Both the position numbers and the translations under genes were made by a program. From sequence record MN871451.1: DNA of 64,000 nucleotides; one strand, 5' to 3'. Shown one piece after another: positions 56,267 through 64,000 of this stretch; the first letter of the stretch is position 1, and the number at the start of each line of letters is the position of its first letter. Under the pieces are notes generated by a model. That model saw only the letters and a list, made by a program, of their open reading frames with translations, ran no database searches and was not told the DNA's origin.

Positions 56267-56374
56267 TGATAGGCTAGCTTAAAGGTAAAGCGCGGGCATT
56301 AGGCCCCCTCTCATACGAGGGGCGCCTTAACATGGGAGCCTGAGATAGCCGTTCGATTCGGTACCTATCAACCA
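56267..56374 (+). ncRNA. tRNA-like RNA with a 40-nt hairpin-containing insert in place of the anticodon loop
   Basis: Acceptor TGATAGG/CCTATCA, D-arm GCTT/AAGC, stem CGGGC/GCCTG, T-loop TTCGATT, A-CCA. Confidence 0.7.
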
Positions 56375-56379
56375 AAGTT

Positions 56380-57030
56380 GGACTTAAAAGAGAGAGTGCG
56401 AGTTAATGGGTCGCACAACGCCACTAGGCGAGACACCGGAGTCAGTGGTGGCGCTAGTAGAAGAAGTCAGTTACCGGTATGCGGCCGCAACAAATTAACT
56501 GATACCCATTCTACACTTTTAAAGTCCACGTAACCTTTACAATACTGCTCTAGTCAAGTGATATTGTTTACAGAGAGTGCAGGTTCGACTCCTGCTCGGT
56601 AGTAGAGGCTCGGTAGGAAGGGAGTTCGGAATCGTATCCGAATGATTTGTCCAATAAGCAATAACTTATTGGTAACTCTCGTGAGACAAAGACTTCGGCG
56701 ACCCGCCGGTTAAACGCGCCGCGGAATCGGCCGAGGGGTACTAATTATGACGCCTGTCAATTTCGGCGGCCTACGCCTTAGAGCGAAAATAGGCGGCCAT
56801 AGACCATAGACCTCAGCCGGGGATTCCGGCGAAAGAGGTGCAAGGAGCCGGCAAAAATGTCCGGGGGCGTCACCCTATTCGATCCATTTCTCCAACGTAG
56901 AAGGGATCGGGTATTAAAAATCTGGAAATTAAGCTAACTCGTATAGCCGAGAATAAACATGTTTCGGTGGCGACCTTAACATGAAAAGGATGATGTGCGA
57001 TAAGTCATTTATGAGCTAAACACTGAGATC
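56380..57030 (+). ncRNA. Candidate large multi-domain structured RNA
   Basis: About 650 nt ORF-free and GC-enriched; many helices, GNRA/UUCG-type loops and an internal T-arm GCAGG-TTCGACT-CCTGC. Confidence 0.5.
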
Positions 57031-57049
57031 CTTTTGACTATTAGTCAGT

Positions 57050-57080
57050 ACGAGAGAGGGTCGAAAGACCCTCTCTTTAT
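57050..57080 (+). terminator. Terminator closing the tRNA/ncRNA unit
   Basis: GAGAGAGGGTC-GAAA-GACCCTCTCTTT. Confidence 0.7.
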
Positions 57081-57136
57081 GCTGTTAATTTTATGAACCA
57101 TACATTTTCTTTTTCATCAATTGAAGGCGCAAAAAG

Positions 57137-57289
57137 ATGATCGGTACTATTCTCGGTGTAGTAGTAGTTGCAATTATTGCGATCTTTGTTTATCGTAAAC
57201 ACAAAGCTAAAATGGATCCGGCGCTGGACAAAGTAGCGGAAAAATTTAACGAAGTGAAAGACAAGGTTAGCGATAAACTGGGCAGCTAA
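57137..57289 (+). CDS. Small membrane-anchored protein (50 aa)
   Basis: MIGTILGVVVVAIIAIFVYRKHK...; follows TTATGAAC at 57091. Confidence 0.6.
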   Translation: MIGTILGVVVVAIIAIFVYRKHKAKMDPALDKVAEKFNEVKDKVSDKLGS

Positions 57290-57467
57290 TTTAAATTAAC
57301 AGCGGTGACCTGTTATTATGTAAACAGCACCACCTGTTAACCGAATCGCGATGCCAGCGCGGTAGCTTCGTCTGAGAAATCAGCGTGGCAACAATACGAC
57401 TTTGCTTGTCGTGAGACATTCAAATAATCGGGCTAAGGGGAGGGCGGAAGCTCTTCCCTTTATGCCA

Positions 57468-57986
57468 TCACCATTTTAAATACCAAGGAATTTTACCTAG
57501 GCTTTTAACAACAACTTTAATAGGGTTTTTCACGTCGATACAAATCCACTCATGCATATTAGGGATACTGAATTTATAACGTCGCTGTATTGCAATAGAA
57601 AGCTCCTGAGGAATAGGAATAAACTGATCATTAATGGGATCAATCGTCTCCAGCACAATCTTTCCAAATGCTTCAGCGACTTGGATTTCGTCAGTAAAAC
57701 TTGTAGGCATCCCCAATCTAATTTCAAGAACGTTCCCTTTTGTAAAGTCTGCTTTGGCGATTCCGTGAGTATTATTAAACCCCCCAACGGTAATACCACG
57801 ATACAAAGAATCGGGAAAGACAAAAGGTTGAGTTTTCTTTACAGAGTCACCGATTCTTTTAAGCTCAGCCTGTGTTTGTGTACCGTCGCGCATAATCCAC
57901 TTAGCGGCGAGTTTCATTAGTACTTCGTCTTTGAGATATTGATTTACTACCTTCTCATCGATATTGTAATATTTGTCTACTTTCAT
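57468..57986 (-). CDS. ADP-ribosyltransferase-like protein (R-S-E type)
   Basis: LYRG, PTSFT and HEWI in the expected order. Confidence 0.6.
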   Translation of the reverse strand: MKVDKYYNIDEKVVNQYLKDEVLMKLAAKWIMRDGTQTQAELKRIGDSVKKTQPFVFPDSLYRGITVGGFNNTHGIAKADFTKGNVLEIRLGMPTSFTDEIQVAEAFGKIVLETIDPINDQFIPIPQELSIAIQRRYKFSIPNMHEWICIDVKNPIKVVVKSLGKIPWYLKW

Positions 57987-58045
57987 TGTTAACCTTTATT
58001 CCAATAAATTACCAGATCCATAGAAATATTATTAGGAGAGAAACC

Positions 58046-58522
58046 ATGGAATTTGTTTTATTACTGGGTCCTGAAGATCCGGAAGCTATCAAGTATGAAA
58101 AAGAACTTTTAGACATGTTTCATGTCATGGATAAAAACGAAGCGACTTTATGGAAATCGAGAAGTAATCTCGACATCCTCACTAACGAGTTAAAAACAGA
58201 AAGACTCATTGATCGTTGGACTGACCAAACTAACATTCTTCTGGTAATAGATAAAGAGAATGTCGTAGGGTTTGTTGAGTATATACCACCTGTCGTAAAC
58301 GGAAGTGTTACATGGATGTCGATTAATTATCTGTACATCAAGCGACATTATCGAAAAATGGGCTACGGGAAGGCACTGGTAAAACAAGTTAGAATGTTTG
58401 CTAAGCACCTATCAGTTGACCAAGTTAGTTTGTCTGTCCACGTCTCTAACGTAAATGCCCAGAAATTCTATGAGTCGCAGGGTTTTCTGGAACAAACCAA
58501 ATACATGTGTGTAAAACCATGA
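58046..58522 (+). CDS. GNAT acetyltransferase
   Basis: INYLYIKRHYRKMGYGKALV, NVNAQKFYESQGF; ATG 58046 with AGGAG RBS. Confidence 0.85.
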   Translation: MEFVLLLGPEDPEAIKYEKELLDMFHVMDKNEATLWKSRSNLDILTNELKTERLIDRWTDQTNILLVIDKENVVGFVEYIPPVVNGSVTWMSINYLYIKRHYRKMGYGKALVKQVRMFAKHLSVDQVSLSVHVSNVNAQKFYESQGFLEQTKYMCVKP

Positions 58523-58707
58523 CGTTCCAGTGGACCGGGATGGATTGCCCTATGTGCCAAGCTATGCACTGTTCTCAAGTATACGATGAGGACGACAATG
58601 AAATAACTTGGGAATGTAGGGAATGTAAACATTTTTGGCTAGAACCTATCGATGCTGAAAAACCGACCAGAACAGAATTAAACCAAAGGAGGAATTATGT
58701 TCGCTAA
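58519..58707 (+). CDS. Small zinc-ribbon protein
   Basis: DCPMCQ...WECRECKHFW. Confidence 0.6.
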   Translation: MTFQWTGMDCPMCQAMHCSQVYDEDDNEITWECRECKHFWLEPIDAEKPTRTELNQRRNYVR

Positions 58708-58814
58708 GAACGCACTTACTATTTTTATCGGGATGCAAAGATTAAATCTGTTTTCCGCAGTTACTGCAAACCCGTATGAAAATACTCAGCTCAAGATAAA
58801 AGAGAGACCAAGTC

Positions 58815-59316
58815 ATGAACTTAACCGAACACTTGCTCGAACGTCATTACGACGTAAACCGCTACCCGACTAATTGGTTAACGGAAACCAGCCTTACTGT
58901 ACCTTTGTTTGGTTTCGATTATAAACTGCACGGTTATCAGGTTTATACACCCGATGCCCCCAAGAAAACAAAGAACCCTAAAGAAGCCCGTTATTTCACG
59001 AGACTCCTCGGTAACGTCGGTGTTTTTGGTTTAGAAATTAGAACTGAAACCTGGTCCCGTATTCTTAACGGAGTCTGTCTTTAAATCAGCCAGTCTCCAT
59101 GTCCTGGGTTTAAATAGCTGGAGCGCATTAGGTTCTGACCTTTCCCCTCAACTAAAACAACAGTTATTGTTACTTCCTTACGAATTTGTTTGTTTGGGAG
59201 ACGATGATAAGGCGGGTGAGAAGTTTAGTCGTAACTTCCGCAGAGGGTCGACTAGTCGAGATTTAGACGAACTAACAGAAGAAGAAAGATGGGCGGTATT
59301 AAAACCTTACTTATAA
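58815..59316 (+). pseudogene. TOPRIM/primase-like gene broken by a +1 frameshift near 59035
   Basis: Frame 1 ends ...VFGLE; the +1 frame continues LELKPGPVFLTESVF...CLGDDDKAG to TAA 59316. Confidence 0.7.
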
Positions 59317-59357
59317 CTGACAGATTGGAGACATCAGTCTCCAATCTGTTTTGTGTA

Positions 59358-59373
59358 TATATCACGCTATTGA
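59358..59373 (+). promoter_or_regulatory. Putative early promoter
   Basis: TATATCAC-GC-TATTGA. Confidence 0.7.
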
Positions 59374-59396
59374 AATCCGATAACAAAGGAAAGGAA

Positions 59397-59933
59397 ATGA
59401 ACACTGTCCTGACAGAAGACCAAGTTAAGAAACACGTTGAACTCGCCGCGAAAAGATTTTTATCTGAGAATGTCACAGCGTGTAATTTTTATTACACCAA
59501 CATGTACGACTTTAAGTTCCAATCGACGTCTGTACCAACCCCAGGTGAAAAGACACCTTGGGAAAACTTTCTTTACCACCTTAATCTCATCGGCGTCAAA
59601 GGTTTCAGTTACTGTTTTGACCGCAACGAACTTTACTTTATCAGCCCGATCATTAGCGAAGCTCCGTCACATCGAGTTAATACAACCGCGATAATTACGA
59701 TACGGGAACTATTCACCGAACCGTATCTTCGTAATTGTGCCGCGAGTCATTTCGATATCACAGAACAGCAGCGGTTATTCTACAAAGAGTTCTGTCCACA
59801 GCGCTACGCTTCTGCGACCGAATTTGCTCACGCTCTCGGTGAAAGGTTTGATACTTTAACATATTTCGAAGCGCTTAAAGCGGCCAGTCTCTATCGTGAT
59901 CTTGGTATCACTTCCATCGAGTACAATGGCTAA
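59397..59933 (+). CDS. Hypothetical protein, paralog of 60008..60553
   Basis: ATG 59397 with AAGGA RBS; CNFYY, W..FL..L..GV..FSY...LYF..PII.E. Confidence 0.7.
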   Translation: MNTVLTEDQVKKHVELAAKRFLSENVTACNFYYTNMYDFKFQSTSVPTPGEKTPWENFLYHLNLIGVKGFSYCFDRNELYFISPIISEAPSHRVNTTAIITIRELFTEPYLRNCAASHFDITEQQRLFYKEFCPQRYASATEFAHALGERFDTLTYFEALKAASLYRDLGITSIEYNG

Positions 59934-60007
59934 GTTTCCGGTCAAAGTGAAATTTATTTTTCATTTAGTGAATATAAACAAACTAAACTAATATTAAGGA
60001 ATTTAAA

Positions 60008-60553
60008 ATGCGGATTAAATTAACTGAAGTCGTAATCGAAAAATATGTTGAAGCGTGTGCAAAAATATTTTTGGGGTCAGAGATTAAAGACTGTAACTTT
60101 CTTTACAGTAAGGGTATTGAATACAAATTTTGTCCGACGCACACGTATCGTGAAAACAATGAAAATGAACATTGGGGTCACTTCTTAAAATTTTTAGAAG
60201 CACTTGGCGTCCAAGCCTTTAGCTATGGCATCAATGACGGAACGTTGTATTTTGTCGGACCTATCATCACTGAGACTAGTAGCTACGATACTGACGCGCT
60301 GGCGGCGAGTGTAATTAAGGAACTTTATTCCGACATTATCGATTCTGTTTTGCCCCTTAAACCTGATTACGTTAACGACCCGGATGCAGGTAAAGTTAAT
60401 TTTAAAACCTTCAACGTGAAAGACTATGAAAACATTGATGGTTTAACCATCGACATGGTTCGTACGTTTGAACATTCAAGTTACGCTAACTGTAAAAAGT
60501 TGGCTGAAATAATTTTAGAACTTGGCATGGTTAATTTCGCCGTTAGTATTTAA
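60008..60553 (+). CDS. Hypothetical protein, paralog of 59397..59933
   Basis: CNFLY, WGHFLKFLEALGVQAFSY...LYFVGPIITE. Confidence 0.7.
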   Translation: MRIKLTEVVIEKYVEACAKIFLGSEIKDCNFLYSKGIEYKFCPTHTYRENNENEHWGHFLKFLEALGVQAFSYGINDGTLYFVGPIITETSSYDTDALAASVIKELYSDIIDSVLPLKPDYVNDPDAGKVNFKTFNVKDYENIDGLTIDMVRTFEHSSYANCKKLAEIILELGMVNFAVSI

Positions 60554-60594
60554 ACACCCCCTCCTACTTACTTCAGTCAATAAGGAATTCATAA

Positions 60595-60978
60595 ATGAAA
60601 AACATTTTTATCGCGTTGATTCTCTCCGTCATTTCCGCCACCTCCTTTGCAGCAGAAGGATACGCATCGCCTGATGTTAAATATGCTAAACCGTGTGTCG
60701 CGGAAGCCAAACAAAAAGCGGCGATCATGCTCAAGACATACGCGGCGATGGGAGAATGGAATTACGATCAGGTTGATAACCTTCCCCCAGCGTTCCCTAA
60801 AGCGTTCAAGAACCCGGTTCGTCCAGAGCAATACATTCACCCTATCGAGTTTACCGCGGCCGTCTCACGATTCAATGATACGCGTATACGGGTCATGTAC
60901 GCTAACTCTTCGACCACTGACCCTTCTCTCTGTGTTTTCATGGGAATTGAATTCCTTGATCTGACAGACGCAAACTAA
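60595..60978 (+). CDS. Secreted protein with signal peptide and two Cys
   Basis: MKNIFIALILSVISATSFA leader; Cys near both ends suggests a disulfide. Confidence 0.7.
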   Translation: MKNIFIALILSVISATSFAAEGYASPDVKYAKPCVAEAKQKAAIMLKTYAAMGEWNYDQVDNLPPAFPKAFKNPVRPEQYIHPIEFTAAVSRFNDTRIRVMYANSSTTDPSLCVFMGIEFLDLTDAN

Positions 60979-61039
60979 TATAAGTTTCCCTACTGCCTAG
61001 TGGCAGTAGGGAAACTATCCGCTATATTCTTTTTTTTTG

Positions 61040-63004
61040 CTACGTGTATTGCGGAATGGCTTCAAGTGACCAAGCTTCCAGGGCTACCGCCTCCTCTTTC
61101 ACACCAAGTATTTGGTTCACTTGTTCTTCCGACCAGGTTAAGATATCAAGTGTTCGACTACTGATGTTAGGTTCCGATGTCTCCAAATAGAATTTAAAGA
61201 CATAAGTTTGGGCGCTTTGGTTAATACGGTCGATACGACCGATAGCCTGTTCCATGATGTAATCGCGGAATGGCGCGTTGATGGCTAAAATAACGTTCGC
61301 TGCGATCAAGGGGACCGAAGTAGACAAACTTTGATAGGTTGCAATTAATGGGTTGATGCCGCTGTCATCAAAGAACCGTTTTACTTGTTTAGTTAAATCC
61401 TCACCTTCCCCGTAAACGGTTACAGGTTTGAATCCTTTCGACACCAGATAGTTTTCTGTCATTTCTACCGCTTTCACGTAGCTAGTAAAAATGATAGTTT
61501 TCTTCTCTGCCGCTTTAATGTATTTAGGAAGATCACACTCCGCGATTAAAGCAAGTGTAACTTCTTCTCTGCGCTTCCCTACGACGTTACCTAAACACTC
61601 ACCACGAACTTTTAACGGTAAATATTTGATCACTGATTTGTAACTGCGGAAATTCTTTAACTCTTCCCCGCGCAGCAAAGGCTCGATTAAATTCTTTTCA
61701 AACTTATTACAGAACATCATCTCTTCTTTCACCATTTGGTAATCGGTGGTTTTAGAGATTTGCTCAACAAAACGTTGGTATTGTTTTAATTGAGCTTCTT
61801 GTTCTTTAGTCTTAACAGTACGAGCATATTTGTCTACGCCAGAATAGTAACCTAACTTAACTTGCGGCTCAAGTTTTTTCCAGTACTCAATCCGCTCCAG
61901 AATATAGTCTTTCATGTCCATTTTCAACGTAGACAGTAAAAACCTATCCGGGTCTTTCAGTTTGATCGGAACATTCTCGATGATTGGGTTGGTTTTAACA
62001 ATTTCCACTTTAAACATGACATTGCCCATACGATGACGTATGATGTCAAAACATTTCTTACTTGACTTCCCGTATAGTTTCTTAAAGGCTTCCATGGCCT
62101 CTAACGTCATCATCTTATCAAACGTCGCCAGCATTGGGATAGCTTCTGAACCATACGCTTTGATCGGTGTTGCGGAAGCCCATAACGTTGTAACGGGTTG
62201 TATACGCTTACAAAATTGTAAAATATCTTGAGTGCGCTGAGAACTAAGCTCATTCAGTTTGTGAGATTCGTCGAGGATTAATGCAATTTTCTTACCAGTG
62301 AATCGCCCGGAATCTTCCAGTAATTTACCAATGGCTTCCATATGGTAGATTAAATACTTCGGTAAAGTTCCCGAGGGCAATGATCCATCTCGTGCCTGAA
62401 CCCAGTACTCAGGTGTCTTTTTGTAATCATTTTGCATCGCATCTTCCCAGACACGATAAATAGACGCTTTTAATGATACCATGATAATGATATCAACATT
62501 GAGCATTTCTGCGATCATTAACGAAGACAAGGTTTTCCCGGACCCAGTATTCATAGCCATACAGTAACCGCTGAGCTGCCATTTAGGAACAACAGTATCG
62601 TAATGATCGATGAATTCCATTTGATGGCGCAGCGGGCTTTTGGTAAACAGACTCAGTTTACTACGATCTAGAATAGGGTCGTGATCTACCTGAGTAGACC
62701 GCATCCAAGTATTAGTGAGAATACCTTCTTTCACTTGTTTCAATGTTTTCTTCGCAATCATACTTCGCCCCTGTTTGGCGATAATCTGATCGAGAATGTA
62801 AACAAACTCTACCGCGAAGAAACTGTAAAATTCGATACTGTAAGGCGTAATCTTAGTGAACATACTTTGTTCGATACGAGAGGTACGCCAGGTATTATAA
62901 ATTTCCCCTAAAGCGTCCTTAGAACGAATAGCGGTGACCTTAATCTTTCCGTTCGCTTCTTCTACTTCAACCATTCCAAATGCGGCTTTGGCAAAATTAA
63001 ACAT
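61040..63004 (-). CDS. SF2 helicase (SNF2/DEAD-like)
   Basis: TGSGKT, LILDESH, SATP, QAIGRIDR. Confidence 0.88.
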   Translation of the reverse strand: MFNFAKAAFGMVEVEEANGKIKVTAIRSKDALGEIYNTWRTSRIEQSMFTKITPYSIEFYSFFAVEFVYILDQIIAKQGRSMIAKKTLKQVKEGILTNTWMRSTQVDHDPILDRSKLSLFTKSPLRHQMEFIDHYDTVVPKWQLSGYCMAMNTGSGKTLSSLMIAEMLNVDIIIMVSLKASIYRVWEDAMQNDYKKTPEYWVQARDGSLPSGTLPKYLIYHMEAIGKLLEDSGRFTGKKIALILDESHKLNELSSQRTQDILQFCKRIQPVTTLWASATPIKAYGSEAIPMLATFDKMMTLEAMEAFKKLYGKSSKKCFDIIRHRMGNVMFKVEIVKTNPIIENVPIKLKDPDRFLLSTLKMDMKDYILERIEYWKKLEPQVKLGYYSGVDKYARTVKTKEQEAQLKQYQRFVEQISKTTDYQMVKEEMMFCNKFEKNLIEPLLRGEELKNFRSYKSVIKYLPLKVRGECLGNVVGKRREEVTLALIAECDLPKYIKAAEKKTIIFTSYVKAVEMTENYLVSKGFKPVTVYGEGEDLTKQVKRFFDDSGINPLIATYQSLSTSVPLIAANVILAINAPFRDYIMEQAIGRIDRINQSAQTYVFKFYLETSEPNISSRTLDILTWSEEQVNQILGVKEEAVALEAWSLEAIPQYT

Positions 63005-63106
63005 AATCTGACCCTTCGTGATAAATTGATCTCATAACAAAAAATACGTACCCACAGCTACTATGAGCCCGCTAGGAGGCTCTAACAAAGAAAAGGTACG
63101 GTCAAG

Positions 63107-64000
63107 ATGAACCATCAAGTAAAAATTGTAAGTAACGACTCCATGATCGTTTATTTCTCATTGCAGGATGTTGCTAAAGCCTGCCTGCTGCCCATTGATA
63201 AAGTAGCCCAGGTAATAAGCGCCGTAAAACAAACTACTCCGCCTATTTTGGCTTATGTTTCCGTTGTGTCTCGTGAAGAAGCTAAAGATAAAAATAACCA
63301 AATGGATTATTTCCCTTCTTTATCCGAAGCCAAATTCACCCTAAATACCCATCAGCTTCAGGGCGATCTTTCCGGAACAATTTATTCGGTCAAAATCACA
63401 TTACTGAACCCCAATACCCCACACGAACATTTCCTCCAGTATGCAAACGGATTACGTGACGGTGAATTCAGTTTTTATCCACGTTTATCCGTCAATGGGC
63501 GTTATATTTATCCTACATTAGACACGAGTAAAGAAGCCGAGGGAAATAATGGTAATGTTAACATTACCGGATTCGATCTTATTTTTAATGGATATATCAA
63601 CGACCAATTGGAAATTGCCCCTCAGCCAACCCATGAAGAACATATTACTGAAAAAATCAATGATATTTTTGGTAAATGTAAATCCCCAGATCTTTCATCG
63701 TATCGCACACCGCAATTCACGGTAACTGGGTTAATGCCAAACGACCGCCCTGATCCGAGTTTTACACCCACCCCAGTAAATGAAAGCTCGCGAAATAAGT
63801 ATGTGATAGATCTTAATGACCCTGCTGAACTGAATTTTTTGACAGAAAAATTCATTAATATCAATTCACCTCTTATTGACCTCTCTCTGACTAATCCAGA
63901 TGAGATAAAACGTCGTGTCGCTCTCCTCGCCCCTGATTACGATAATAAAAAAGAAGTCGTCGTAAAAGACCTTATTTATTTCTTTTTGGGAGATGGTCTT
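63107..64000 (+). CDS. Hypothetical protein, truncated by the window end
   Basis: Open frame from ATG 63107 (MNHQVKIVSNDS...) to the end of the window; not in the ORF track. Confidence 0.6.
   Translation, partial: MNHQVKIVSNDSMIVYFSLQDVAKACLLPIDKVAQVISAVKQTTPPILAYVSVVSREEAKDKNNQMDYFPSLSEAKFTLNTHQLQGDLSGTIYSVKITLLNPNTPHEHFLQYANGLRDGEFSFYPRLSVNGRYIYPTLDTSKEAEGNNGNVNITGFDLIFNGYINDQLEIAPQPTHEEHITEKINDIFGKCKSPDLSSYRTPQFTVTGLMPNDRPDPSFTPTPVNESSRNKYVIDLNDPAELNFLTEKFININSPLIDLSLTNPDEIKRRVALLAPDYDNKKEVVVKDLIYFFLGDGL

Noticed and set aside
56516-56530. AAAGTCC resembling the RNase P P4 motif GAGGAAAGUCC
   Set aside because: Lacks the upstream GAGG and a matching 3' P4 strand, and it pairs locally with GGACTT at 56380.
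56014-57030. tmRNA or group I intron
   Set aside because: No GGGGCNGA/G3-U70 tRNA-like domain or tag frame, and no convincing P7 elements were found by eye; a covariance search is still needed.
59252-59476. Short minus-strand ORFs overlapping the TOPRIM remnant and next gene
   Set aside because: They overlap better supported plus-strand genes and show no motifs.
1-64000. CRISPR array
   Set aside because: No regularly spaced direct repeats seen; the repeated hairpins are terminators.

Overview
This window is from a nucleus-forming jumbo phage (Chimalliviridae, phiKZ/SPN3US-like gene order). Codon usage suggests an enterobacterial host, but that is inference. Positions 9.9-39.9 kb hold the conserved core block: PhuZ tubulin, an array of about 10 diverged small paralogs, a family B DNA polymerase subunit, chimallin, non-virion RNA polymerase subunits (beta'-N, gp68-like, beta-C, beta'-C), SbcD/Mre11, ChmC-like and PicA/Imp1-like genes, and an SF2 helicase carrying an Ala-start class 3 mini-intein. 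Accessory regions encode a lytic transglycosylase with a signal peptide, a CYTH-like protein, two GNATs, a macrodomain, an ADP-ribosyltransferase-like protein, two AAA+ paralogs, a TAXI-like binding protein and a frameshifted TOPRIM gene. The most unusual part is an RNA-rich island at about 51.1-57.5 kb. A strongly codon-biased gene of unknown function is followed directly by a ~500 nt structured RNA containing two circularly permuted tRNA-like modules (YrlA/Y-RNA topology), with no Ro60 gene in the window. The island also has seven ordinary tRNAs, two tRNA-like genes with a hairpin in place of the anticodon loop, and several hundred nt of highly paired non-coding sequence. Orthology calls rest on motifs and synteny recalled from known phages, RNA structures were paired by eye, and no searches were run.
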